A stretch of 64,000 bases of DNA. It comes from Scyliorhinus canicula. Its lineage: Eukaryota. A model generated the notes under the pieces. The model did no database searches and was not told the DNA's origin. It was given only the letters and a program-made list of their open reading frames with translations. Within the stretch, counting starts at the first letter, position 1; each line of letters opens with the position of its first letter. Position numbers and translations under genes: made by a program. Of this stretch, positions 1-12,430 are shown piece by piece. The stretch is from positions 127,680,678 to 127,744,677 of the forward strand of contig NC_052161.1 of NCBI RefSeq assembly GCF_902713615.1. The letters run 5' to 3'.

Positions 1-300
1 GGGGGGGGGGGGACTGGGAGTGGGGACAGGGAAGCTGGGGGAGTGGGGAGGAGTGAGTGGGGAGGGGGGGTGGGAAGAGTCTGGGAGAGCGGGGGAGACA
101 GCAGGAGGGGTGATGGTCTTTGGGGTGAAGAAAGGAAAGAGGGATTTGTCGTCTTTAAGAAAACCTGGAACATCTGTTTTCCATTTTTGAAATTTGCTGA
201 GAGGCTCCCTGATAATCTGACTTCTCCTACACCCTGTTTTAGTGTTTCCTGGTGAAGTTTGCCAATGAACAATGATATGGGGGCCAGCGTGGGGTTAGGA

Positions 301-376
301 GAATGAGAGAGAGAGAGAGAGAGAGAGAGACTGAGAGAGAGAATAAGAGAGAGAGAGCGTGAGAGAGAGAGAGAGG
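301..376. repeat. (GA)n microsatellite
   Basis: Imperfect GA run seen directly. Confidence 0.9.
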
Positions 377-1208
377 GAATACTGTAGAAAAATGGAAGCT
401 TGGGAGAGAAAGGGGAAATCAAATAGCTGAAGCATGGCGGAATGTGAATCCCGAGTTGGAACTGCAAGTTTTGGATGTGAACCCACAGGCTCCCTGCTGT
501 GAACCAGATGTGGAGTGACTGCTTCACACAGTTTCTCCCTGTGGTTAGTGAGTGGGTTCCGGTCACATTAAACACACAGTGAGTTACACTTGCCTTTAAT
601 TACGTACAGTCATCTCTCAACCACCACAACAGACAGAAAGACAAACATAACTTCCCTATCATCAGTGACAAACTCGCCTCCCTCACTCAGCGAGTGGTCT
701 TTGCAAAGCAGCCTCTTGCCACTTGAACACACAGGCAAACATTTCTCTTCCCTTTCGCTGCTTAAAGGGGGCACCGACCTCGAGTAAAAAACATCTTTCC
801 TCTTCCAACTTTCCCCTTTTCCTTTGGAAGAATGAATCAGGCAAGTGATTGATCGAGGCGCCACGAGCTAGTGATTTACTGCACTGCCTCGGAATATTCC
901 TGAAGGTGTCGTGTCAGGTGCAGCTACAGTAGACCCTCCCACCAACCCCCCCCCCCGCCCCCAGACTATTCACTCCCTCCTCATCTCTCTACCTGACTGC
1001 CCACTTCCCTCTCACTCCCCCTGACTCCTCCCTCCGCCCTGGCTTTCTGCTCCCTCCATTTCTCACTCTCGTTCTCTCCCGACTGACCCCACAGCTCTTC
1101 CTCAGCACCCTATACTAAATCAGCCTTCGAGGGAGTTAGCCCAACATTAACTGCCTGTGGATATCGGGGAGGGTGTGGATCAGAAACTCGGCTGCATTCA
1201 CACCCGGT

Positions 1209-1975
1209 GGCCAGAATTCTCCGTTTCTGGGCAGCACGGTGGCGCAGTGGGTTAGCCCTGTTGCCTCACGGCGCCGAGGTCCCAGGTTCGATCCCGGCTC
1301 TGGGTCACTGTCCGTGTGGAGTTTGCACATTCTCCCCGTGTCTGCGTGGGTTTCGCCCCCACAACCCAAAGATGTGCAGGTTAGGTGGATTGAACACGCT
1401 AAATTGCCTTTAATTGGAAAAACAAATAAATTGGGAACTCTAAATTTCAGAATCCGAGTGCTGACACTGGGACTGAATCGCGTGAGTTCCACGCCCTGAA
1501 AGCAGTGCCAGTCCCGGGGCCATTCAGAACATCCTAATGGACTAGCACAGGCGCCACGGGGAACCAGTGCAACTCCAACGAATGCTGGCGTGTGATTCAT
1601 CAGGATTGGCACCCAAAGCCTGGCAAGCAGAAGCTGTATATAGGCACTCCGCTCCCACACCCCCTCACCCCAGCCAAAAAGATGGCACTGGTTGTGGTGG
1701 AGCCGGCCCATCCCATTGATGGGTCGGCTGGGGCCAGAGGATACCGAGGGGGTTGGCCCGGGGAGACACCCATACGGCCTATGGGGCTGGGTTGGTAGTG
1801 GGTAGGCAGCAGCACGCACAGTGGTGGCCTGTGCCGGTCCACCCCGACCCTACGGCCCACCTCCTGGCTGCCCCCCCCCCCCCCGATACGCCGCCCATCC
1901 CCCACAGAAGCCCCCTGGCCAGCAGCACAGCTATCAACACACTGCAGCGATGTTGGACCCTTTTCGGACCCTCTC
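1209..1975 (+). mobile_element. PIF/Harbinger-like non-autonomous element fragment, interrupted by a SINE
   Basis: Starts ggccagaattctcc, like the GGGCGGGATTCTCC TIR family elsewhere in the window; GC-rich body; right end not found. Confidence 0.45.
1229..1447 (+). mobile_element. HE1-like V-SINE, short A-tailed subfamily
   Basis: tRNA head (A box tggcgcagtgg, B box ggttcgatccc), V-domain gtgtggagtttgcacattctccccgtg, tail cccttaattggaaaa. Confidence 0.9.
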
Positions 1976-1980
1976 CCCGC

Positions 1981-2150
1981 CCTGGGTCACTGTCCGTGAG
2001 GAGTTTGCACATTCTCTCCGTGTCTGCGTGGGTTTCACCCCCACAACCCAAAAGATGTGCCCGGTAGGTGGATTGGCCACGCTGAATTGCCCCTTAATTG
2101 GGAAAAATAATTGGGTACTCTAAAAAAAAATTTTTTTAAAGAAAAAAAAA
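1981..2150 (+). mobile_element. HE1-like V-SINE, short subfamily, 5'-truncated
   Basis: V-domain and A-rich tail, no head. Confidence 0.85.
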
Positions 2151-2609
2151 ATCTTTGAATTGAATACCTCCGGGCAACACACTCTCAGTCCTCTCCACCC
2201 AATCAGAATTCACATGGAAAACCCAATCCAATCCTGTCAGCACCCAGTGTGGGCAAGGACGAGCATCGCAGCTCATTTTGCCAATTTGATTGCCTTCAGT
2301 GCCTCTGAGCCCTGCTTTCTGTCCAGCTGAACATCTGCCAGGAATGGATTACATTTTAAACTGACTAACACTCTGGGCACCATGGGCAGCTTTGCAGACT
2401 CACACTGAGTCCGTCACTGACTCAGAACATTCACCAAAACACACCACAAAATATCCCAACTTGAGTTTTGATATCAAGCTAGAGGACCAGGTGACTCCCA
2501 GTTTTGTCCAGACTGACACTTTGCACCTCCGGTCAGAAATGTGCCAGTTGTGCCTATTCAACCATGAAGGGCATCACTGCTGTGCTCCTCATGAACATAA
2601 AGACTCCCC

Positions 2610-2836
2610 CCCCACCACACATACCCACAAACACACACACCCATTAATACACCCCTCCCACACCCACACCAAGACACATACCCACAAACCAACATGCACA
2701 CGCATAAACACACACCCCCACACACACACACACCCACAAACCAACACACACACACACCCATAAACACCCCTCCACACACACCCACAAACACACACACCAA
2801 GACACATACCCATAAACACTTCCCCACACACACATT
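2610..2836. repeat. CA-rich low-complexity tract
   Basis: Seen directly. Confidence 0.8.
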
Positions 2837-3114
2837 CATCATCTCCTGGCACTGCAGCCCCACCCTCTCTAGGTGAGCTGGAGCTGACACAATCCCAGCT
2901 ACCGCCTCCCGGGGGGAGGGGGTCACTGTGCATTGTAGCGGGGTGAGTGACTCAGAGGCAGGCAGCATGGGCACTGCATGAAACATTGTGAAATCATTTA
3001 TTTTCCTTCCATAAGCTGAATATACGCCGAGCGTTCTCGCTGACTGCAGCGGCGGGATTCTTCCCAGTTTTCCCGCTGAGATCGACACAGAAAGAATATT
3101 GGAAAACTCCGCCC

Positions 3115-4178
3115 ACAATCCCACACACACAAACACAATCCCTCACACACAAACACAGTCCCTCACCCACAAACACAATCCCTCACACACAAACACAGTC
3201 CCTCACCCACAAACACAATCCCTCACACACAAGCACAGTCCCTCAAACACAGTCCCTCACCCACAAACACAATCTATCACACACAAGCACAGTCCCTCAC
3301 ACGCAAGCACAGTCCCTCACCCACAAACACAATCTATCACACACAAGCACAGTCCCTCACACGCAAGCACAGTCCCTCACCCACAAACACAATCCCTCAC
3401 ACACAAACACAATCCCTCACACGCAAGCACAGTCCCTCACACGCAAGCACAGTCCCTCACCCACAAACACAATCCCTCACACACAAACACAATCCCTCAC
3501 ACGCAAGCACAGTCCCTCAAACACAATCCCTCACCCACAAACACAATCCCTCACACGCAAGCACAGTCCCTCACCCACAAACACAATCCCTCACACACAA
3601 GCACAGTCCCTCACAAGCAAGCACAGTCCCTCAAACACAATCCCTCACACACAAGCACAATCCCTCACACACAAGCACAGTCCCTCAAACACAATCCCTC
3701 ACCCTCAAACACAATCCCTCACACACAAGCACAGTCCCTCACAAGCAAGCACAGTCCCTCAAACACAGTCCCTCACCCACAAACACAATCCCTCACACAC
3801 AAGCACAGTCCCTCACAAGCAAGCACAGTCCCTCAAACACAGTCCCTCACCCACAAACACAATCCCTCACATGCAAGCACAGAATCTCACAAGCAAACTC
3901 AGTGCCTCGCACTCAAACGCAGGCCCTCACCCACAAACACAATCCTTCACACGCAAGCAGTCCCTCACACGCAAGCGCAGTCCCTCACCAACAAACAAAA
4001 TCCCTCACATGCAAGCACTGTCTCTCACACGCACGCAGTCCCTCACACACAAACAGTCTCTCACACACACAGTCCCTCACACACAAACACAGTCCCTCAC
4101 ACACAAACACAGTCCCTCACACGCAAACACAGTCCCTCACACACAAACACAGTCCCTCACACACAAACACAATCTCCC
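3115..4178. repeat. ~20 bp minisatellite (AAACACAGTCCCTCACACAC variants)
   Basis: About 50 tandem units; source of the spurious 400 aa ORF. Confidence 0.92.
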
Positions 4179-5544
4179 ACAGGCAAGTACAAACATAATG
4201 GCTCACACGCATATGCACAGACATCCAAATCCCCTCATACCCTTCAACTCACACAGATCAGGGTTGACCTTTTACTAATGGACAGTTACAAAATACGTTA
4301 ATATTAATGTTGTCCAAGTGTAGAATCTTCCATCAGGGTCCAGCTGACTTTCCCTCGGTGAATGAAATGTCCTTTCCATTCTCAGATATCTGTGCTGTTG
4401 TTACTCTGCCCTCCGTCACATGGGTCAGACTCTATATTGATATCTTCAATAAAATGGGAATAAATAGATGGTAAGATTGCATGTGTCAGTTTGACAAATG
4501 GACAGTGCAGTTCACTAACTCACTCAGCTGAAAGGGATGAGACGATTCCACAGGGCCCGATTATGTATCTGCGTGCAGAATAAAGGGAGGTGCTGGTTAG
4601 GGGAGGGCGGGAGATAGAGGTAGAGGCGGTTAATTAATTACACAGATTCAGGGAGTTCTCAAGTACCCAGCCAGTCCTAACTGGCAAGAGCTAAATGCTC
4701 AGTGATTCAACGTTAACCCTCTCACTGCCAGACTGATTAAAACCCACTGGATGGATTCATCCCACTGTCCTGAAATGAAGGGGTTCAGGGGGAAACTGGA
4801 CCAGTACCTGCCAGTCATTCCAGGGACACTGAGTGTTATTATACGTGTGCGTGTTATATAGGTGTGTGTACCCAGAGGGATACGTGAGCATCTGCGTGTA
4901 TTCTCGCCTGGCTAATAACACTTGACTCTTTATTGAATTACCATTCCTCAGTTTCCACTGTGCAAGCGCCCAATCTGCACGTGTAACTGGACTGTTCAAC
5001 CCTTCCACACATCGTCCTGTGAATCGACAGGGAAGGCAGCGGCGAACGAGGATGGGAGCTGAGCCTCGCCTCAGCTGTGTGGCCGAGTGTCACAGTGGGC
5101 AGTGTATTCTGCCCACTGAGACACCACAGGCCAACGCCTAACATTTCTGTGCCTCCAGGTTTGAAAGGTGGCAATAAGGAGAGGGTGGGTGACGTCTGTC
5201 ACTGATATTTGATTAATTTCCCTCTGAGTGAGACAAGGGGAAATTTGAAGAGTGACAAAGTCACAGTGTGATATACCCAGAGCTCCGGCAGCACGGAGAT
5301 TAATCATCCCTCACTGTCAGCTGAAATACACCCACTATCGTTTGGTAATGTTCAGCTACAAAAACAGACTTTCATCTTTTTTTAACTCCATTTTTCTCAC
5401 CGTGATTTAACAATGCTGAATCAGTATTTTCATTTCCACTAATTATCCCCAAATTTATTCGCCTTTCCTCGAAAGGGAAAGTTACCCCCACACGCACTTG
5501 GCAAAACCTAATGAATCTTGAATATTGTCCATCAACCCCATTCC

Positions 5545-8298
5545 CAGACAAATGGTTTTAGATATCTCATCAAAAAGACAGCACGCCTGACAGTGCAGCA
5601 CTCCTTAGTACTGACCCTCCTGACCCACTGACAGTGCAGCACTCCCTCAGTACTGACCCCCTGACAGTGTGGCGCTCCCTCAGTACTGACCCTCTGACAG
5701 TGCAGCACTCCCTCAGTACTGACCCTCTGACAGTGCAGCACTCCCTCAGTACTGATCCTCTGACAGTGGGGCACTCCCTCAGTACTGACCCTCTGGCAGC
5801 ACTCCCTCAGTACTGACCCTCTGACAGTGCAGCGCTCCCTCAGTACTGACCCTCTGGCAGCACTCCCTTAGTACTGATCCTCTGACAGTGCAGCGCTCCC
5901 TCAGTACTGCCCCTCTGGCAGCACTCCCTCAGTACTGACCCTCTGACAGTGCGGCACTCCCTCAGTACTGCCCCTCTGGCATCACTCCCTCAGTACTGAC
6001 CCTCTGACAGTGCAGCGCTCCCTCAGTACTGACCCTCTGACAGTGTGGCACTCCCTCAGTGCTGACCCTCTGACAGGGCAGCACTCCCTCAGTACTGATC
6101 CTCTGACAGTGCAGCGCTCCCTCAGTACTGACCCTCTGACAGTGCGGCACTCCCTCAATACTGCCCCTCTGGCAGCACTCCATCAGTACTGATCCTCTGA
6201 CAGTGCAGCGCTCCCTCAGTACTGACCCTCTGACAGTGCAGCACTCCCTAGTACTGACCCTCTGACAGGGCAGCACTCCCTCAGTACTGATCCTCTGACA
6301 GTGCAGCGCTCCCTCAGTACTGACCCTCTGACAGTGCGGCACTCCCTCAGTACTGACCCTCCTGATCCTCTGACAGTGCAGCACTCCCTCAGTACTGACC
6401 CTCTGACAGTGCAGCACTCCCTCAGTACTGACCCTCTGACAGCGCGGCACTCCCTCAGTACTGACCCTCCTGATCCTTTGACAGTGCAGCACTCCCTCAG
6501 TACTGACCCTCTGACAGTCCATCACTCGCTCATAATGACCCTCTGACAGTGCAGCACTCCCTCATTACTGACCCTCTGACAGTGCAGCACTCCCTCAGTA
6601 CTGCCCCTCTGACAGCACTCCCTCAGCACTGACCCTCTGACAGTGCAGCACTCCCTCAGTACTGACCCTCTAAACAGTGCAGCACTCTCTCAGTAGTGAG
6701 CCTCTGAGAGTTCAGCACTCCCTCAGTACTGACCCTCTGACAGGGCAGCGCTTCCTCTGTACTGACCCTCTGACAGTGCAGCTCTCCCTAGTACTGCCCC
6801 TCTGACAGCACTCCCTCAGTACTGACCCTCTGACAGTGCAGCACTCCCTCAGTACTGACCCTCTAGTGCAGCTCTCCCTCAGTACTGACCTTCTGATAGT
6901 TCAGTACTCCCTCAGTACTGACCCTCTGACAGTGCAGCACTCAACCGTACTGACCCTCTGACAGTGCGGCACTCCCTCAGTAGTGACCCTCTGACAGTGC
7001 AGCACTCCCTCAGTACTGACCCTCCTGATCCTCTGACAGTGCAGCACTCCCTCAGTACTGACCCTCTGACAGTGCAGCACTCCCTCAGTACTGACCCTCT
7101 GACAGTGCGGCACTCCCTCAGTACTGACCCTCCTGATCCTCTGACAGTGCAGCTCTCCCTCAGTACTTACCCTCTGACAGTGCAGCACTCCCTCAGTACT
7201 GACCATCTAGGGCAGCACGGTGGCCTAGTGGTTAGCACAACCGCCTCACGGCGCTGAGGTCCCAGGTTCGATCCCGGTTCTGGGTCACTGTCCGTGTGGA
7301 GTTTGCACATTCTCCCGTGTCTGCGTGGGTTTCGCCCCCACAACCCAAAAATGTGCAGAGTAGGTGGATTGGCCACGCTAAATTGCCCCTTAATTGGAAA
7401 AAATAATTGGCTAATCTAAATTAAAAAAAAAAAAAAAAAAGTACTGACCATCTGACAGTGCAGCTCTCCCTAGTACTGCCCCTCTGACAGTGCGGCACTC
7501 CCTCAGTACTGCCCCTCTGACAGTGCAGCACTCCCTCAGTACTGACCCTCTGACAGTGCAGCACTCCCTCAGTACTGACCCTCTGACAGTGCGGCACTCC
7601 CTCAGTACTGACCCTCTGACAGTGCAGCACTCCCTCAGTACTGACCCTCTGACAGTGCAGCGTTCCCTCAGTACTGACCCTCTGACAGTGCGGCACTCCC
7701 TCAGTACTGACCCTCTGACAGTGCAGCACTCCCTCAGTACTGACCCTCTGACAGTGCAGCGTTCCCTCAGTACTGACCCTCTGACAGTGCGGCACTCCCT
7801 CAGTACTGACCCTCTGACAGTGCAGCACTCCCTCAGTACTGACCCTCTGACAGTGCAGCGTTCCCTCCGTACTGACCCTCTGACAGTGCGGCACTCCCTC
7901 AGTACTGACCCTCTGACAGTGCGGCACTCCCTCAGTACTGCCCCACTGACAGTGCAGCACTCCCTCAGTACTGACCCTCTGACAGTGCAGCACTCCCTCA
8001 GTACTGACCCTCTGACAGTGCAGCGTTCCCTCAGTACTGACCCTCTGACAGTGCAGCACTCCCTCAGTACTGACCCTCTGACAGTGCAGCGTTCCCTCAG
8101 TACTGACCCTCTGACAGTGCGGCACTCCCTCAGTACTGACCCTCTGACAGTGCAGCACTCCCTCAGTACTGACCCTCTGACAGTGCAGCGTTCCCTCCGT
8201 ACTGACCCTCTGACAGTGCGGCACTCCCTCAGTACTGACCCTCTGACAGTGCGGCACTCCCTCAGTACTGACCCTCTGACAGTGCGGCACTCTCAGTA
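5545..8298 (-). repeat. 33 bp minisatellite (GTACTGACCCTCTGACAGTGCAGCACTCCCTCA) grown out of a Deu-domain SINE
   Basis: Dozens of tandem units; left flank 5545-5600 continues as reverse-complemented Deu-SINE sequence (atctcatcaaaaagacagcac). Confidence 0.92.
7210..7440 (+). mobile_element. HE1-like V-SINE, short subfamily, inserted in the 33 bp minisatellite
   Basis: Full head, poly(A) tail, 14 bp TSD AGTACTGACCATCT at 7195-7208 and 7440-7453. Confidence 0.95.
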
Positions 8299-8829
8299 TG
8301 AATGTTCCTCAGCCTGCCTTCAGCTCGCTTCAGCCCAACCGTGCGTTTTGTGGTTCCCTATTTCTCGACTGTCTGCTCGTTGCTCTATTATGTCTGGTGG
8401 ATGGTTCCTGAGGCTGGATTCAGCTGGAGGACCGACAGTGAGGTGAGGCCGGCAGCCTCCCTGGGAGTGATGGATATTATTGAGGGAGGCACGCAATCCT
8501 GAGGGACCCACGACATGGAGGCAGGTGAGTTACCTGCACTGGCTGGCATTCTCCAATAAAAACTCCCAACGCTGATGGGAAAGCATCATGAGGTCCTGTT
8601 CATAAACAGAGTTTGGGGCCTTTCATGCCCATTGGCATGGAGCCTCCAGTTGCCATGTCCCACGGGTTGGCTGCGGGAGCGAGCCGTCGGCCATTTCCCA
8701 AACAGCCCCTTGGAAAAGTTCCCAGGAAGCCATGTCCCACCACCCACCCACTCCCCTTCTCCAGCCTCCAACCCCAACTCCTCAGGACCAGGAAAATCCA
8801 GCCTTCATCTCTGAAACCCTCGACTTTCC

Positions 8830-9272
8830 AACTCTGAGGTGGGATCATTCCCAGAGTTGGGGTCTCCTGGGGAAGGAGTGGGATAACTCTGAGGTAACTG
8901 AGGTGGGATCACTCCCAGAGTTGGGGTCTCCTGGGGAAGGAGTGGGATAACTCTGAGGAAACTGAGGTGGGATCACTCCTGGGGTCGGAATCTCCTGGGG
9001 GGAGGAGTGGGATAACTCTGAGGTAACTGAGGTGGGATCACTCCTGGGGTCGGAATCTCCTGTGGGGGAGGAGTGGGATAACACTGAGGTAACTGAGGTG
9101 GGATCACTTCCTGAGTCGGGGTCTCCTGCGAAGGAGTGAGATAACTCTGAGGTAACTGAGGTGGGATCACTCCCAGAGTTGGGGTTTCCTGGGGGGAGGA
9201 GTGGGGTAACTCTGAGGTAACTGAGGTGGGATCACTCCCAGAGTTGGGGGTCTCCTGGGGGGAGGAGTGGGA
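8830..9272. repeat. ~61 bp minisatellite (GGAGTGGGATAACTCTGAGGTAACTGAGGTGGGATCACTCC...), ~7 copies
   Basis: Seen directly. Confidence 0.9.
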
Positions 9273-9387
9273 TGGGGCAATGAAATGAAGAGAGAAGTGA
9301 AAACAATTCTGCCTATTTGACTCTGAAACATTTTCCAAAACCTTCCCCTAATTCATGGGCCGGCGCCCACCTCCCCCTCCTCCTCAG

Positions 9388-10023
9388 TGCCCCCCCCCCC
9401 CCAGAGACTGCTCCTGATTCCCAGCCCCCCCAGAGACCGCTCCTGATTCCCAGCCCCCCCCCAGAGACTGCCCCTGATTCCCAGCCCCACCCCCCAGAGA
9501 CCGCCCCTGATTCCCAGCCCCCCCCCAGAGACCGCCCCTGATTCCCAGCCCCCCTCCCCCCCCAGAGACCGCTCCTAATTCCCAGCCCCCCCCAGAGACT
9601 GCTCCTGATTCCCAGCCCCCCCCAGAGACTGCCCCTGATTCCCAGCCCCCCCCAGAGACTGCCCCTGATCCCCCCCCAGAGACCGCCCCTGATTCCCAGC
9701 CCCCCCCCCCAGAGACCGCCCCTGATTCCCAGCCCCCCCCGAGACTGCTCCTGATTCCCAGCCCCCCCCCAGAGACCACCCCTGATTCCCAGCCCCCCCC
9801 CAGAGTCTGCCCCTGATCCCCCCCCCAGAGACCGCCCCTGATTCCCAGCCCCCCCCAGCCCCCCCCCCAGAGTCTGCCCCTGATCCCCCCCCCCAGAGAC
9901 CGCCCCTGATTCCCAGCCCCCCCCCCCAGAGACCGCCCCTGATTCCCAGCCCCCCCCAGAGACCGCCCCTGATTCCCACCCCCCCCCCCCCCCCCCCCCC
10001 CAGAGACCACCCCTGATTCCCAG
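9388..10023. repeat. ~30 bp C-rich minisatellite (CCCCCCAGAGACCGCCCCTGATTCCCAG), G-quadruplex-prone on minus strand
   Basis: About 20 units with variable C runs. Confidence 0.9.
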
Positions 10024-11089
10024 GCAGCTCTGGGAATTTGACCAGAGCCCCAGCTCTCTGAAGCCAGGGCTGCTGCTGCCAGTGACCGGGGCTGGGTTCT
10101 GACACGGCCCAGTCAGCCCTACAATGAAATCTCTCATTCCTTTGAAGTTTGCTCTTTGAGCTGCTTTGCATTAGTCGGCCCTGTAAATATTTTACAATAA
10201 CCAGGGATTGCCTCCAGCTTGGTTGGGTGTGCAGCTGCCGGGGGATTGCTTTGCAATCTGTTTGTCAAAGGGAAGATTTCAGCGACTTGAGGCTGGGAGT
10301 GGGAGAGCAGATTGTGGGGGTCCTCTGAGCGAATTGTCCCCCTTCCCTCAGTGTCTCGGGCTCTCCGCAGTGTCTTTGACAGCAGCCACCAAGTTCACTA
10401 GAGGGAGGGGAGGGAGGAGAAAAGTAATGAACCAGGAGTGCCGATCAGTATCCCAGGAATTCTTCCACATGTGAGTGCAGGGCTCGGATGTGTAGCTCTC
10501 TCTCCGCCCTCCCCCTCCAGTCCACATGTTTAAACAGCTTGAAACTGTACCCTAGCACGAGTCAATACCTTCAGGAGGGAAGTGAAGGAAAGGGGAAAGG
10601 ACTTGGAGAAGGATTTACAGCGAATAGAATGACTGGTGTAGAGGAACAATTGAGCAGGCAGGAGAGAAAGTTTGGCCTGTGCAGCAGGAGGGTTAAACAG
10701 TGAGATTCTGGGTTCTAATGGCCCCAGAACAAGGTGAGGGGCAGAGCCTCTTCGTGTAGGGAAGGGGGGGATTCCTTAGTCAGAGATCCTGCTGTAAAAT
10801 CATCTTAGTGAGCTCGACAAAGGAAGGGTTAACTGCTGCGGTGCTAATTGAAGAGGTTCATTCCTGTTTGGTTCTGGTTTCTGATTGAACACAGGATCTG
10901 GTTCAGGGAGAGGCTGCAGTTACTCTGCAGTGGGGACAGAGACATGTGTCGAGCAGGAGGTTAGCAGAGGAAGGATGTGGGAAGAGAAAATAAGGAACTA
11001 GCAGCAGCGACGATATCGAACAAATATTAACCTTCCCAAAAAGCTGAATGGAAAGAAAGTGTGTTGGGGAGCAGTTACCCAAGGAAATG

Positions 11090-11510
11090 TCGCCTCAAAT
11101 TTATTTACGGCACGTGGGTGTTGTTGGCATTTATTTCCCATCCCAAGTTGAAGATCTTTCATGGCAGTTTTGACACAACTGAGGGGCCCGCTATGAGTCA
11201 ACCACATCGGTATGAGGGCAACACGGTGGCACAGTGGTTAGCATTGCTGCCTCACGGCGCCGAGGTCCCAGGTTCAATCCCGGCCCTGGGTCACTGTCCG
11301 TGTGGAGTTTGCACATTCTCCCCGTGTTTGCGTGGGTTTCACCCCCACAACCCAAAGATGTGCAGGGTAGGTGGATTGGCCACTCTAAATTGCCCCTTAA
11401 TTGGAAAAAATGAATTGGGTACTCTAAATTTTTTTAAAAAGCATCGATATGAGACTGGAGTCACGTATCGTCCCAAATGGCTCCAGCTTGCATCCACATC
11501 TTTAATGGAA
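11090..11510 (-). mobile_element. Degenerate SINE related to the element at 13445/23360, interrupted by a V-SINE
   Basis: Reverse complement of tggttgactc and tgactccag segments and of the gggatgggaaataaatgcc tail. Confidence 0.55.
11216..11440 (+). mobile_element. HE1-like V-SINE, short subfamily
   Basis: Full length; TSD catcggtatga / catcgatatga. Confidence 0.92.
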
Positions 11511-11549
11511 AAAAAAATGCTCCAAATTCTTCCCGGGAAAGCACCCAGA

Positions 11550-11870
11550 GAGAATTGATACTGAGCCGCTGGGGGCCCAAAGCCTGGTCAGGGAAGCCGC
11601 TTGTAAAGAACAACTTAAAGGAGGAAGGGGACGCAAAGGGGTTTAGGGAAGGAATTCCAGAGCTTGGTACCTGAGTAGCTGAAGGCGACCAATGGGGGAG
11701 CGAAGGCCCATGGGGGATTCACAAGAGACCAGAATTGGATGATGCAAGACCCTGAAGGTTGTCAGATTGCGGGAAGTTACGGAAATAGGGCGGGCTCAAG
11801 TCCGTGGAAGGATTTGAAAACAATGAGAATTTTAAAATCAAGGTCTTGGTGGACTTGGAGTTCAGGGGGA
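11550..11870 (-). mobile_element. L2-clade LINE 3' fragment
   Basis: Minus-strand peptide DFKILIVFKSFHGLEP resembles the L2 ORF2 C-terminal motif FKILxLVFKSLHGLAP. Confidence 0.65.
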
Positions 11871-12430
11871 GGGAAGAATCTCGAAACTTGGCCACTTCCT
11901 TCACTGCGCTGTTGAGTTTGAGCCCATTCGGCTGGCGTGGACACTTTCTCTTTACTCTTCAGGATTTCAATATCATGTGTAACTTGCTGCTCATTCCTGT
12001 GTTCAGAATCTACCACCATTTAACCCAATAGATACCTCCTTGTGCAAAGGGCTTGCTGACATCTCCCTCTCCTCCTCCTCTCAGATTGTACCCCAGTGAT
12101 TAGTTATCTTTCAGTTCTAAGAGGGTGTAACTTGTTAAGCTGCCTTGACTCCCTCTACAGTTACTGACTGACCTCTGTGTGCATGTGTTTGACAAATCCT
12201 TCGGATTTATTTTCCAGATTTCCAACAATTTGCGTCTTCTTTTATTGTGTCAGATACTCACTGGGGGCGAAGAGGGAGAAAGTATTTTTGGAGGAACAAA
12301 AGTAAGTTTTTTGCAGGAACAGCCCATGGAAAAGCTGGAGCTGGGAATTTGCAAGAACATGTGTAAATGAATGGGCAGGGCAAAACTGGGTGGTCCCTTA
12401 ATCCTGCCCCACACACCATGATGAGCAATG

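Noticed and set aside
1229-1310. tRNA genes (A and B boxes, here and in all SINE heads)
   Set aside because: They continue into SINE bodies and lack a complete cloverleaf and terminator.
3099-4301. 400 aa His/Thr/Ser-rich ORF
   Set aside because: Translation of a ~20 bp CA-rich tandem repeat that lacks stops.
5150-5225. Minus-strand VTDVTHPL / LPPFK loosely like the MORN1 C-terminus
   Set aside because: Needs a frameshift, is on the unexpected strand, and similarity is weak.
5962-8446. ORFs with HCQRVSTEGV or HSLSTDPLTV repeats that look metal-binding
   Set aside because: The 33 bp unit is a multiple of three and SINE-derived; open on both strands.
9313-10171. Gly-rich ORFs in three frames
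   Set aside because: Artefact of a C-rich minisatellite.
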